Assembly: GCA_002269645.1 (NCBI GenBank)
Contig: NIVC01004186.1
Coordinates: forward strand, 1-56,246
Direction of reading: 5' to 3'
DNA length: 56,246 nucleotides
Source: Macrostomum lignano
Lineage: Eukaryota
The notes under the pieces: model-generated
What the model saw: only the letters and a program-made list of their open reading frames with translations
Told to the model about the DNA's origin: nothing
The model's database searches: none
Made by a program: the position numbers and the translations under genes
Part shown: positions 32,249-46,210 of the stretch, in pieces
Numbering within the stretch: position 1 is the stretch's first letter
How the letters are laid out: each line of letters begins with the position of its first letter

Positions 32249-34615
32249 CTGAAATCGTAAGCAAGTTTTTGTCATCTATTTGTAGATACGATCGAGCTAT
32301 ACGAAAACATTTAGAAACCAGTTATAACTTGTATATACCCACTTTTCAACACTAGGCTCATCCATTTCTTCTGAATCCTCACTCTCTGAACTATTCTTTG
32401 ACCTCAGAACGAATTTTAGCACTGTTTCTTCCACATCCGACATAGCGCCGTAGTCAAAATCCGACGCGTTGCTTAAATTCGACAAGCCGTCTGCGTCATT
32501 GAGAGATGCTTCGTCCACAAAGCGTCGCTCTACGAGGTTAGGAACTTTGATTATTTTAAATCTTTCGTCAAGAAGGATGTCAATATCGGCCTGGGCGGTT
32601 GCTAGCAAGTCCACTATATCCTGATGTAAACAAAAAATTGCAAAATAATAAGCTGAAGAGCCTGAACTTGTCAAAATGTCGACATCAGCTTGTGCTTTGA
32701 TAAGCAACTCAACAACACGTCGATGACCCTTATACGATGCAATGTGCAAGGCTGCCTCGCCAGCATTTGTTTGAAGATTGACGTCCGCTTGGGCTTTAAT
32801 AAGTAGGTCAACCACTTCGTGATAACCATTCTGCGACGCGATGAATATCGGTGGACAACCGTCGTCTTTTTGTAGATTGACGTCTGCTTGAGCTTTGATT
32901 AGCAATTCGACCACTTTGGGGTGACCATTGTGAGCGGCAATGTTCAGCGGCGTCTCGCCTGTGACCTGCTGCAAATCTACAATGGCGTGAGCCTTGATCA
33001 GCGAGTCAACAATTTGATTGTAACCTCCATTGGCAGCGATGTAGAGAGCAGTCTCGCCGCCAGCTCTTTGCAAATTGACATTTGCTCCGGCTTCGATGAG
33101 CAATTTCACCACTTCAGAGTGGCCGTTGAGTGCTGCAGCTTGTAGCGGCGTTTCACCAGAGTATTTCTGAGGATTTAGTCTCGCATCTGCTTTTATAAGC
33201 GAGCCCACTACCGGTGCGTGGCCATTGTGCGATGCGCAGTGAATAGGTGTTTCACCATTGTGCGAGGAAAGATTAACGTTGGCCTGAGCTCGAATGAGCG
33301 CGTCAACCATCTCTTTGTGGCCGTTCTGAGATGCGACGTGAATCGCTGTGTCACCATCGAGAGACTGAAGATCAACATCTGCCATCCCTCCGAGGAGTGA
33401 CTGCACCGCTTTTAAGCTGTAATTCAGTGCCGCGATGTAAATTGGCGACAAGCCAAACTGGCTCTGCAGGTTAACATCAGCTTGCGCTTTAATCAGCAGT
33501 TCACCCACATCTTCGTGACCGTTTTGCAGCGCGATGTAAAGCGGCGAATAGCGGTCATTCTTTTCTTGAAGACTAACATCGGCTTTGGCTTCAAGTAAGG
33601 AGCTCACTACTCGAGTATGCCCGTTGAATGACGCGGCGTACAAAGGAGATTCTCCCGAGACCCTCTGAAGATTTACGTCGGCTTGTGCTCGGATGAGGAA
33701 TTCTAGCACTCGCTGATTGCCAGTTTGCGCTGCTATGTAGAGAGCTGTAGCGCCACTATTTCTTTGTGCATCAATGTCGGCATGGGCTTTGACAAGTTCA
33801 GTCACCATTGGCAGATTGCCGTACAGGGTGGCAACGTGAAGAGGAACGGAGCCGAACCTGTTGTCTTTTAGATTGACGTCTGAGCGAGCCTTCAGAAGTT
33901 CGCGAACTACCATGAGATGGCCTTTATCAATAGCAACGTGTAGGGCAGTGTTGCCTGTCTGCGTCTGAAGATCAGGATTTGACAACGCTCTGATTAATGA
34001 CTCAACAAACTGCGAATGACCAATTTGCGAGGCGATGTGAAGAGGTGAGCAGAAATCGTTAGCTTGAGTACTGACGTCAGCTTGTGCTTTGATGAGGGTG
34101 TCAATCACTGTCATGTGACCGTTTCGAACAGCAATGTGAACTGGCGATTCGCCATCGCAATTGCCAAGATTGACGTCGGCTTGTGCTCTGATCAGCGACT
34201 GCACAACTTTCTGGTGGCCATTCTGAGCTGCAGCGAACAGGGGCGACTCGCCGGCGACGCTCGGACAGTTGACGTCTACTTGCAGTGTGATGAGGTGGTC
34301 AACAACTTGTAGATGACCGTTTTTTGCGGCAAGGAACAGAGGCGACTCGCCTAAATTGGATGGCGGATCCGGGTCGGCTCGAAAGCTGAGCAGCAGCTTG
34401 ACGGAGGCCAGCTGCCCGAAGGCGCAGGCCAGCTGTAGCGGGGAGCCGCGCATCTGGTAGAAGTCGAAGGTGTCGCAGAGGCTCGCTCCGTTGTCTACAC
34501 AACGCCGCAGGGTTTTCCCGTCTCCTGTAGCCACAGCCGACAGGAACTCTTGCTGACTGGTGGACGGCGAATCAGATTCGCTGTCAACTCGCTGAATCCT
34601 GTCCGCGCCCTGCAT
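30395..34615 (-). CDS. Ankyrin-repeat / cGAS-like (Mab-21, cGLR) nucleotidyltransferase fusion, ~1347 aa after correcting one frameshift
   Basis: Exons 34615-32343, 32248-31902, 31817-30395. Introns aa|gtgggt...tttcag (94 nt, phase 2) and ttg|gtaaga...ttgcag (84 nt, phase 1) join the frames. One 1-nt frameshift in the T9 run at 31268-31276 (restored: HFF.KDAALYLKG). Confidence 0.78.
32343..34615 (-). CDS. Ankyrin-repeat exon, ~20 repeats plus acidic linker
   Basis: Twenty GxT/SPLHxAAxNGHxxVVxxLIxAQADVN-type units counted in the translation. The ATG at 34615 is the likely start; the listed CTG start is in intron/UTR. Confidence 0.95.
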
Positions 34616-35061
34616 CAGGAAGATGCAAACTGTGCTCAGTAAATCTATTAGCGAGCGCAGGCTGCTCAAAGCTGCATAGCAGTGCGGAACACTCGCAGCA
34701 GTTGTGACTTAACCAGAGAGAAACATACTTGCAAATGCTTGAGTTATATAGGAGATAATTTATGCACACTGCGGGCAGAGAAACAGCCGGCGCAGTGTAG
34801 ATAAAAAAGAGTACATACCGGTACAGAATGCAGTGGCCTGTGTACTGGGTAACTGGCTGGTTGAAGCATAGGGAGAGAGAAATGAATGTTGAAAGCTCTA
34901 TGTAAGCATCTTTATTGCAGTGTTATGCTATGCTATAAGGGCACTCTGCTTATTGCTGGCCCACCAGTTTAGCTTTAAAAGTTAATATGCGACTTAATCA
35001 GCATATAACTAGCGCTGATACCTTTTTGACCATGATCTTGGTGTTTGACACGTGAAGTATG

Positions 35062-35990
35062 GTGTGGGTGCCATGGTGTGGGGTTTGGGGTGGGTGTCAT
35101 GGTGTGGGGTTTGGGTGGGTGTCATGGTGTGGGGTTTGGGTGGGTGTCATGGTGTGGGGTTTGGGTGGGTGTCATGGTGTGGGGTTTGGGGTGGGTGTCA
35201 TGGTGTGGGGTTTGGGTGGGCGCCATCGTGTGGAATTGGGGTGGGTGTCATGGTGTGGGGTTTTGGGTGGGTGTCATGGTGTGGAATTGGGGTGGGTGTC
35301 ATGGTGTGGGGTTTGGGGTGGGTGTCATGGTGGGGAATTTGGGTGGGTGTCATGGTGTGGGGTTTGGGGTGGGTGTCATGGTGTGGGGTTTAGGTGGGTG
35401 TCATGGTGTGGAATTGGGTGGGTGCCATGATGTGGGGTTCGGGGTGGGTGTCATGGTGTGGGGTTTGGGTGGGTGACATGGTGTGGAATTGGGGTGGGTG
35501 CCATGATGTGGGGTTCGGGGTGGGTGTCGTGGTGTGGAGTTTGGGTGGGTGTCATGGTGTGGGGTTTGAGGTGGGTGCCATGGTGTGGGGTTTGGGGTGG
35601 GTGTCATGGTGTGGGGTTTGAGTGGGCGCCATGGTGTGGTTTTGGGGTGGGTGTCATGGTGTGGGGTTTTGGGGTGATGCCATGGTGTGGGGTTTGGGGT
35701 GGGTGTCATGGTGTGGGGTTTGGGGTGGGTGTCATGGTGTGGAATTGGGGTGGGTGCCATGATGTGGGGTTTGGGGTGGCCATGAGATGGTGAGAGGTTT
35801 GGAGTGGGAGTCATGGTGTGGGGTTCGGGGTGGGTGCCATGATGTGGAATTGGGGTGGGTGCCATGATGTGGGGTTTGGGGTGGCCATGAGATGGTGAGA
35901 GGTTTGGAGTGGGAGTCATGGTGTGGGGTTCGGGGTGGGTGCCATGATGTGGGGTTTCAGGGGGGGGCATAATGTGGTGTGTGGTTTGGC
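35062..35990. repeat. G-rich ~25-26-bp minisatellite (gggtgtcatggtgtggggtttggggt)
   Basis: Head-to-tail degenerate copies with several G3-G4 runs per unit. Confidence 0.92.
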
Positions 35991-36533
35991 GAAGGTGCTA
36001 GTGCTATAGTGTAGTGAGAGATTTTAAGAGGCTGTCTTCGCTTTTATTAAGATCGGAAAGATTTTGCTATAGACACTACTGTCTGGCTAAACAGTGAGTA
36101 TATATTGCTACGTGCTATCAGCAGTTGAATTTGCAGTTAAGGCTGTTTTATAGTCATAAAAAATAATATCGATTTTAACCTTCTTTAAACTAGCCAGGCT
36201 AGCCAGAAATACAGAAACAATTATGGAATGACAGCCAACACAATGGGCACAAAAAGAGAAAAAACTTGTCTGAAATGTTTATCAAAAGCATTGTTGTATT
36301 GATAAGCTGAAAGCAGGGGAGCTGCGGCGTGATACTGCGTGCTTGTGTGCTTGTATATTTTATTGCTAGTAGTTATATAATATACAGAAGCTGATCAAGG
36401 CTGTACAAATTAATTAAAGGCCATTAATTTTTCTGACTTAATATCTAGTAATGCGAGACATGATTATTTCCTGCTAACGAAACTTTATAAACTTGAAAAT
36501 TGTTTGCTAAAACTAGCATTGCTTTGGTCAGGT

Positions 36534-36890
36534 CAGACTGGGCTTCCCCAGGTGATGGAGACTGGGCTTCCCCAGGTGATGGAGACTGGGCTTCCCCAGG
36601 TGATGAAGACTGGGCTTCCCCAGGTGATGAAGACTGGGCTTCCCCAGGTGATGGAGACTGGGCTTCCCCAGGTGATGGAGACTGGGGGCTTCCCCAGGTG
36701 ATGGAGACTGGGGGGCTTCCCCAGGTGATGAAGACTGGGCTTCCCCAGGTGATGGAGACTAGGGGCTTCCCCAGGTGATGGAGACTGGGCTTCCCCAGGT
36801 GATGGAGACTGGGGGCTTCCCCAGGTGATGGAGACTGGGCTTCCCCAGGTGATGAAGACTGGGCTTCCCCAGGTGATGGAGACTGGGCTC
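36534..36890. repeat. 24-bp minisatellite (gagactgggcttccccaggtgatg)
   Basis: Head-to-tail copies. Confidence 0.93.
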
Positions 36891-37074
36891 CCCCACATGA
36901 CAATATTCAAAACAAAAATCTTCACTGACTGAGCAATAAGCAAGATGAGTTTATCAAACATAAAAAGACATAATCATAAATACATCGTAAAAAAGTACTC
37001 GGAAAAACAGTCAAATCATAGCCCGGAGAATCATCAATTTTAATCGGGCAATCAAAAAGCAGGTGAATAAACAA

Positions 37075-37409
<335 letters not shown>

Positions 37410-37429
37410 TTCATGTAAGCCATCAAGTT

Positions 37430-37906
37430 TCAAAACCCGTAGTCGGCCCGCAGTCCAGTTGACGGCCTTCCGCCGCCGCCGCCCGCCGAGGCGGCCCTGC
37501 TGGCGTAGCTGACGGATCTCGGTGAGCTGCGGAAGCCGCGCATCGCCAGACTTGCCGACGCCGGCGCTGGCGTGTTCGCCGACAACGCCGACGCGCCGCC
37601 AAAAGTTGTTGACGACGATGCTGTTCCGGCGGCGCTGCCGCTGCTGATCTCGATGCTCGGCCGGCCGCCGACGCCGCTGCCACCGACGGCGCTGGTGCAG
37701 CAGCGGCAGAGCCGGCGGAAGCAGCAACAGCCCCCGCCGCTGCTGTAATCGTGAACCTGGCAGACCGACCTGCGCCGTTTCGACCGGTAGCTGAGAAACG
37801 ACGCCACGAGCAGGCAGATGAGAATCACCGACAGCGCCACGTGGGCGATCCAGATTGGCGGACTGGCTGGAGGCGCCGGCGACTCCGTGGTGACAGTCGA
37901 TGACAT
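37430..37906 (-). CDS. Small single-pass (type III-like) membrane protein, 158 aa, unknown family
   Basis: GC-rich island with ATG in caaATG context after an acceptor-like cag. TM segment IWIAHVALSVILICLLVASFLSY, basic stop-transfer RSKRRR, Cys cluster CCCFRRLCRCC. Confidence 0.72.
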   Translation of the reverse strand: MSSTVTTESPAPPASPPIWIAHVALSVILICLLVASFLSYRSKRRRSVCQVHDYSSGGGCCCFRRLCRCCTSAVGGSGVGGRPSIEISSGSAAGTASSSTTFGGASALSANTPAPASASLAMRGFRSSPRSVSYASRAASAGGGGGRPSTGLRADYGF

Positions 37907-38135
37907 TTGCTGCTGGCTGGCGGCAGGATGTCGAAAAGGATTGATGTTGCCGCTAATGATTGTTGTGGGGAATTTTATAGAGCTTTTTGCATAAGCAAAA
38001 TTTTCCCATTGCTCTGTCTTCTTCTAATCCCCTTTGAGCTCATAACCTTGGAGGGACAGGCTTTTATTGGCTGGCAGAACTGTGACAGCATCCAGCCTCT
38101 GTTCCGCATCCGGACAGAGTCTAATCCTTCTTGTT

Positions 38136-38172
<37 letters not shown>

Positions 38173-38267
38173 ATTTATTATTCAATTTTAAAGAGTTATA
38201 CAGGAAAAATTTCATCTGCAGTCACAGGCTGCACTTGTACTTTTGGTTTGTCTTGTTGGATAAATCC

Positions 38268-38695
38268 AGACAGTCTTGTCAGATATTGTCAGACAGTCTT
38301 TTCAGATATTGTCAGACAGTCTTGTCAGATATTGTCAGACAGTCTTGTCAGAAATTGTCAGACAGTCTTGTCAGAAATTGTCAGACAGTCTTGTCAGAAA
38401 TTGTCAGACAGTCTTGTCAGATATTGTCAGACAGTCTTGTCAGATATTGTTAGACAGTCTTGTCAGATATTGTCAGACAGTCTTGTCAGATGTTGTCAGA
38501 CAGTCTTGTCAGATATTGTCAGACAGTCTTGTCAGATGTTGTCAGACAGTCTTGTCAGATGTTGTCAGACAGTCTTGTCAGATATTGTCAGACAGTCTTG
38601 TCAGATATTGTTAGACAGTCTTGTCAGATATTGTCAGACAGCCTTGTCAGATATTGTCAGACAGTCTTGTCAGGTATTGTCAGACAGTCTTGTCA
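38268..38695. repeat. 23-bp minisatellite (agacagtcttgtcagatattgtc)
   Basis: Period 23. The overlapping ORFs are artefacts. Confidence 0.95.
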
Positions 38696-39302
38696 AATCC
38701 AGAGTTGACATTGTCGGAGGAGCAGCAAAACCAAACCGATGTTTAATAGGTTAAACAAAACTTTGACTTCGCGAAAACCCCAGCCTGCTCAAACAAGTTC
38801 ACGTGTGTACCACAGTTAGCTACATGATGCAGATCTGGGTAAAGGGACTTAGCTATAAGGTTGGCTGACTGACTACCTGTGTTGTGTACGAGTATTCTTT
38901 ACTCCATTTTCTCGCCTCGCAGGCCAGTCTGTCTCCTCTTCCCTTTCCTTCGCGCGCGGCCAAGATGAGTGAAAAAATAAAAAGAGAATGCAAAAACTGA
39001 GCTCCGGAGGCTGTGGGCGTCCGCGGTTCTGCTTGTTGCCTCAGGCAACGGAGTCCATGCTGCTGCCTCTCTCTGTGCCTGACCATCTGCCCCAATCAGC
39101 CTCTCGTGCTAGCTGCCAGAGGCATGATTTTGCGGGAGAGAGAGATGGACAATGAGTTGCTGCAGTTTTAGGGAGTTATGAATTTATGACTTGCCCGGCG
39201 CCGCCATCGATTCCCCTGCTGACTCTCAACTGCACTTTCCCCGGCTCTCTTTACTGTCTCTGACTTGCTAATCCTGCTGAACTACATGTATAGCATGCGT
39301 CT

Positions 39303-39963
<661 letters not shown>

Positions 39964-40209
39964 CTGTAATTTGATACATAAATAGATCAATAAGCATATT
40001 TATTCAATGGAAAACTCAAGGAAGTATACTCAAGGAAAATCTTCTGTGGTTCTGCCTGAGACAGGCTCTCAAGTGCACTTCAGCAGTGTCAGTTTGTATT
40101 CAAGGAAATAGTCTGTTTCTACTTCCACTAGAACTGATCAATAGCTTTTAGGTTAATAGGAACCCCTGCGAGCATAATAGTGCAGTAAAATCGAAGACTG
40201 TAAGAGAGA

Positions 40210-40622
40210 GTGAGACTTGGAGAGGGTGAGACTGGGAGAGGGGGAGACTGGGAGAGGGTGAATCTGGAAGAGGGTGAGACTGGGAGAGGGTGAGACTGGG
40301 AGAGGGTGAGGCTGGGAGAGGGAGACTGAGAGAGGGTGAGACTGGGAGAGGGTGAGACTGGGAGAGGGTGAGACTGGGAGAGGGTGAGACTGGGAGAGGG
40401 TGGGACTGGGAGAGGGTGAGACTGACTGGGAGAGGGTGAGACTGGGAGAGGGTGAGACTGGGAGAGGGTGAGACTTGGAGAGGGTGAAACTGGGAGAGGG
40501 GGAGACTGGGAGAGGGTGAGACTGGGAGAGGGTGAGACTGGGAGAGGTTGAGACTGGGAGAGGGTGAGACTGGGAGAGGGTGAGACTGGGAGAGGGTGAG
40601 ACTAGGAGAGGGTGAGACTGGG
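40210..40622. repeat. 16-bp minisatellite (gagactgggagagggt)
   Basis: Head-to-tail copies. Confidence 0.93.
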
Positions 40623-41029
40623 CGAATTTCAGTGTGGCATCGGGAGAGGGCTCAGAGCGGGAGGGTCAGGCAGAGCTGGAGAAGAAGACGCGAAGGATGC
40701 AGCAAAGCTGCAGCAAGCTAAGAAAGTGCAGCCGCTCATTGGCTCAGTACAAGCAGAGTGGCTGGTGCAGTCGGAGTTTCTCACTGTACGCGAATTCTCA
40801 GCTTCACCATCAAAGCCATAAAACTCAATGGATGGTCAAGCATGTCAATCAAGACTGACACGTTGCGGTGACTCTGATCTGCACGGAATTTCCATGCAAT
40901 AAACTGCCGTGGAGCAGTTCAATCTGCGCGTGTGCTACTAGAAAGGACTCTCATTTTCATGTCAGAATATAGATAAGCATTACGCTGGAGCTTCGATGAT
41001 GCGGCTTAGCCATTAGGGACTGTCCGTCT

Positions 41030-41050
41030 CTGTCTGCCTGTCTGTCTGCC

Positions 41051-41127
<77 letters not shown>

Positions 41128-41240
41128 GTCTCTCTGTCTGTCTGTCTGCCTGTTTGTCTGCCTGTCTGTCTGCCTGTCTGTCTGTCTGTCTGTCTGTCTG
41201 CCTGTTTGTCTGCCTTCTGTCTGTCTGTCTGTCTGTCTGC

Positions 41241-41276
<36 letters not shown>

Positions 41277-41277
41277 G

Positions 41278-41356
<79 letters not shown>

Positions 41357-41357
41357 G

Positions 41358-41406
<49 letters not shown>

Positions 41407-41468
41407 TCCTGTCTGTCTGTCTGTCTTCCTGTCTGTCTGTCTGTCTTCCTGTCTGTATGTCTGTCTGT
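41030..41468. repeat. (TCTG)n microsatellite
   Basis: Direct reading. Confidence 0.96.
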
Positions 41469-41974
41469 TTCTTTGGAACAGAAATCTTCTGTTTCTTTCT
41501 TTTTTTTCTCTTTGGAATTAATTTTATTTAAAATATCCTAGAGGTCTACTGAACACTTAAGGAACAAGTAGTGTCATTGAATTTTTCGACACTTCGACTT
41601 TCTTTTTACAACATGGAATCGCTTGTGCAGCATATAAAACAGTTGGAATATTAAGTCAGCTTGTAAAACCGAAGTGCTTATGGTAGATACTGTTGCTGCT
41701 AGCAGGCATTCCCTGCAACGGGCTAGCGATAAAGTCAACACTAGTTAGGGAAGCAAATTTTTTATTGACGGCTGTTAAAATGTCTGCAATCTGGCTTCAT
41801 TAAACTAATAATTCTGGCAGTCTGCGAAGCAGGATGATCACGTATGAAACTCACATCTGCTATGCAAAATGTTAGTTGTGGATAGGTAGACAGAAGAAAG
41901 ACACTCAGATGAAATGACATATCAATGGAAATTTTCATAGGAGGATTAGATGGATAGAGACAGACGTTAGATCT

Positions 41975-42008
<34 letters not shown>

Positions 42009-42711
42009 GGATAGATAGATAGATGGATGGATAGATAGATAGGAGAAGAGAACTCCAGTCGCAAGCGATATTCAAAGCAGCACACATGAGCACAGCACAG
42101 CTCAACAGTTCAGTATGAAATAAAGTTTTTATGACTTTTTATAAGCAACGCACTTTAGGATCGGATCTTACTTGGCTGCCCACAATACAATACACTGCCA
42201 GAAGTCAGCTAGCGAAGACCCTTTTTAGACAAGTCGGAAGGCTTCACACGGAACTGGCATAGCCCAGCAGCTGCATGCTATGAGTTCTGCATATTGTTAA
42301 AGAACCACACACAAAAAACCTACTTTTCAGACCAGTCCATACACCCTTGTGAATCAGGGAGCATGTGAATGCATCATTTAATCCTGCATTTACACTGCTA
42401 CTGTAGCCAGTCGGTAATCTTTTAGCGCGTTGGCGAGCGAAGAAAAACAAAATTTCGTGTAAGCAAATTTAATTCTTATTTATGACCTCCCCAGTGCGGC
42501 CACCAACTTGACCTGTCCGGAACCTGCATAGGAGCGGAGGAGGCTGCAAACACCAAGCTTAAGTAAACAGAAGTAAAACCTGTTGAATCTTAATCAAGCC
42601 AAAGGGTCAGTTAGTTAACGGAAACTGCGAAACTCATAATACGTATGTGATGGATAAACCATTTTAACTGGCGAACAAAAATCGATAAAATAGGTTGAGA
42701 ATCGAGAGTTT

Positions 42712-43420
42712 GATGGAGGAGAGGGAGAGAAGGAGATGAGAGAGGGAGAGAGGAGGAGAGATGAGAGGGATATAAGGAGAGATGAGAGGGATATAAGGAG
42801 AGATGAGAGAGGGGATAAGGAGAAATGAGAAATGAGAGATGGAGAGAAGGAGAGATGAGAGAGAAAGAAGGAGAGGGAGAGAAGGAGATGAGAGAGGGAG
42901 AGAGGAGGAGAGATGAGAGGAATATAAGGAGAAATGAGAGAGGGAGAGAAGGAGAGATGAGAGAGAAAGAAGGAGAGGGAGAGAAGGATATACGAGAGAG
43001 GGAGAGAGGAGAAGAGAGAGGGGAGAGGGAAAGAAGGAGAGATGAGAGAGGGAGATAAGGAGAAATGAGAGAGGGAGAGAAGGAGAGATGAGAGAGAAAG
43101 AAGGAGAGGGAGAGAAGGATATATGAGAGAGGGAGAGAAGGAGACAAGGAGCGATGAGAGAGGGAGAGGAGACAGGGAGAGAGGAGAGAGGAGAGAGGGA
43201 GAGGGAGAGAGGAGAAGAGAGAGAAGAGAGAGAGGAGAGGGAAAGAAGGAGAGATGAGAGAGGAGAAAAGGAGACAGGGAGAGATGAGAGAGGATAAATG
43301 AGAGGGAGAGAAGGAGAGAGGGAGAGGAGAGAGGGAGATGAGAGAGGGAGAGAAGGAGAGAGGAGAGGAAGAGCGCGAGAATGCGAGAGAGGATAGGGGA
43401 GAGGGCAGGGAGAGGAGAGA
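42712..43420. repeat. GA-rich degenerate tandem repeat
   Basis: Purine-only strand with internal 50-90-bp duplications. Confidence 0.88.
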
Positions 43421-43994
43421 GCAGTGGAGAACCAGTGGCCTTGTTGGCAGCAAGCCTGCACTTATCCCAATCGCATGGAAAGCAGAAAGTGTCAGAAACA
43501 AAACGCGCCCATCTGCACTGCAACATTTGCCGTCGGATATTTCATGCCGCCAGTGAAAGTCAGAGTCAGAATTGAGAGAGAGGAGATGCGCGCCACAGAT
43601 ACCCCAACTCAAGCCGTCAGATCTGTCAGCCAATTTCAGCACTGACAATGGCCCGCCTAGACACACAGGGCTCGAACGATAATCCGTCCAATTTGGCTGT
43701 CGATAATCGCCCGAGCTCGGTTCTGATTGGCTGGGCCAAGGCCATCTAGAACTAGCTAATGGAGTTGGATGCTATTACGCTCGTAGATCCCATTACAAGT
43801 AATTATTGCTGTTTTTATACGAGTGTATGCAGCCGTTACTATTCCCGACTCCAGATTGCACTTCTATGATCTCCATGGCCTCAGGCCAAGCGAATGAGGA
43901 TATTATTTGCGGCACTATTGGGATTTAGAAAGTCGCACAGGGACAGACTGGTTCTAAGAATTTCCGATTAGGACAGAGTTTTCTCTCTTCTTAG

Positions 43995-44118
43995 AAACAA
44001 CAATTGCTTGAAACTGCTGGCAAACAAAGTCTGCAACAAGAAAAAGCGATGGCGAGATTGAAGCAGCTGGTGACTGCGCTTGGCCGCTTCCTGGTGGCTG
44101 CGATGGCCTTTGAGTGCG
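43995..44118 (+). CDS. Candidate internal exon of an unidentified plus-strand gene
   Basis: Strong acceptor ttttctctcttcttag and donor gcg|gtgaga. Open frame KQQLLETAGKQSLQQEKAMARLKQLVTALGRFLVAAMAFEC. No family recognised. Confidence 0.45.
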
Positions 44119-44324
44119 GTGAGAAATGCGAAGGGGTAGATAAGGAGTGGGTGAGAGTAGATGAGAAATGGTGAGAATAGATTGGAAGCGGATGGGAGTA
44201 GATGAGAAATGGTGAGAATAGTTAAGAATAAGGCGAACAAGTTTGAGAAAAGATTTTTACAAGTGTGCATGAGAAAGGATTTGATGGGATGAAAAACGAG
44301 CCAAGGGGGAGAAAAAGAGATTCG

Positions 44325-46210
44325 ATAGGGGTGAGAAGGGATGGGATAGGGGTGAGAAGGGATGAGATAGGGGTGAGAAGGGATGAGATAGGGGTGAGAA
44401 GGGATGATATAGGGTGAGATGGGATGAGATAGGGGTGAGAAAGGATGAGATAGGGGTGAGAAGGGATGAGATAGGGGTGAGAAGGGATGATATAGGGTCA
44501 GATGGGATGAGATAGGGGTGAGAAAGGATGAGATAGGGGTGAAAAAGGATGGGATAGGGATGAGAAGGGATGAGATAGGGATAAGAAAGGATGAGATACG
44601 GGTGAGAAGAGATGAGATAGGGGTGAGAAGGGATGAGATAGGGGTGAGAAGAGATGAGATAGGGGTGAGAAGGGATGAGATAGGGATAAGAAAGGATGAG
44701 ATAGGGGTGAGAAGAGATGAGATAGGGGTGAGAAGGGATGAGATAGGGATAAGAAAGGATGAGATAGGGGTGAGAAGGGATGAGATAGGGGTGTGAAAGG
44801 ATGAGATAGGGATGAGAAAGGATGAGATAGGGGTGAAAAAGGATGGGATAGGGATGAGAAGGGATGAGATAGGGATAAGAAAGGATGAGATAGGGGTGAA
44901 AAAGGATGGGATAGGGATGAGAAAGGATGAGATAGGGATAAGAAAGGATGAGATAGGGGTGAGAAGAGATGAGATAGGGGTGAGAAGGGATGAGATAGGG
45001 GTGAAAAAGGATAGGATAGGGATGAGAAGGGATGAGATTGGGATAAGAAAGGATGAGATAGGGGTGAGAAGGGATGAGATAGGGGTGAGAAGGGATGATA
45101 TAGGGTGAGATGGGATGAGATAGGGGTGAGAAAGGATGAGATAGGGGTGAGAAGGGATGAGATAGGGGTGAGAAGGGATGATATAGGGTGAGATGGGATG
45201 AGATAGGGGTGAGAAAGGATGAGATAGGGGTGAGAAGGGATGAGATAGGGGTGAGAAGGGATGATATAGGGTCAGATGGGATGAGATAGGGGTGAGAAAG
45301 GATGAGATAGGGGTGAAAAAGGATGGGATAGGGATGAGAAGGGATGAGATAGGGATAAGAAAGGATGAGATACGGGTGAGAAGAGATGAGATAGGGGTGA
45401 GAAGGGATGAGATAGGGGTGAGAAGAGATGAGATAGGGGTGAGAAGGGATGAGATAGGGATAAGAAAGGATGAGATAGGGGTGAGAAGAGATGAGATAGG
45501 GGTGAGAAGGGATGAGATAGGGATAAGAAAGGATGAGATAGGGGTGAGAAGGGATGAGATAGGGGTGTGAAAGGATGAGATAGGGATGAGAAAGGATGAG
45601 ATAGGGGTGAAAAAGGATGGGATAGGGATGAGAAGGGATGAGATAGGGATAAGAAAGGATGAGATAGGGGTGAAAAAGGATGGGATAGGGATGAGAAAGG
45701 ATGAGATAGGGATAAGAAAGGATGAGATAGGGGTGAGAAGAGATGAGATAGGGGTGAGAAGGGATGAGATAGGGGTGAAAAAGGATAGGATAGGGATGAG
45801 AAGGGATGAGATTGGGATAAGAAAGGATGAGATAGGGGTGAGAAGGGATGAGATAGGGGTGAGAAGGGATGGGATAGGGGTGAGAAGGGATGAGATAGGG
45901 GTGAGAAGGGATGAGATAGGGGTGAGAAGGGATGAGATAGGGGTGAGAAGGGATGAGATAGGGGTGAGAAAGGATGAGATAGGGGTGAGAAAGGATGGGA
46001 TAGGGGTGAGAAGGGATGAGATAGGTGAGAAGGGATGAGATAGGGGTGAGAAGGGATGAGATAGGGGTGAGAAAGGATGGGATAGGGGTGAGAAGGGATG
46101 AGATAGGGGTGAGAAGGGATGAGATAGGGGTGAGAAGGGATGGGATAGGGGTGAGAAGGGATGAGATAGGGGTGAGAAGGGATGAGATAGGGGTGAGAAG
46201 GGATGAGATA
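44325..46210. repeat. 21-bp minisatellite (ggggtgagaagggatgagata) with a 774-bp higher-order duplication
   Basis: Period 21. Identical ORF translations start at 44518 and 45292, and at 44812 and 45586. Confidence 0.94.

Noticed and set aside
34616-34669. N-terminal 18 residues of the listed 790-aa ankyrin ORF
   Set aside because: They start at CTG and overlap acceptor-like sequence. The first ATG is at 34615.
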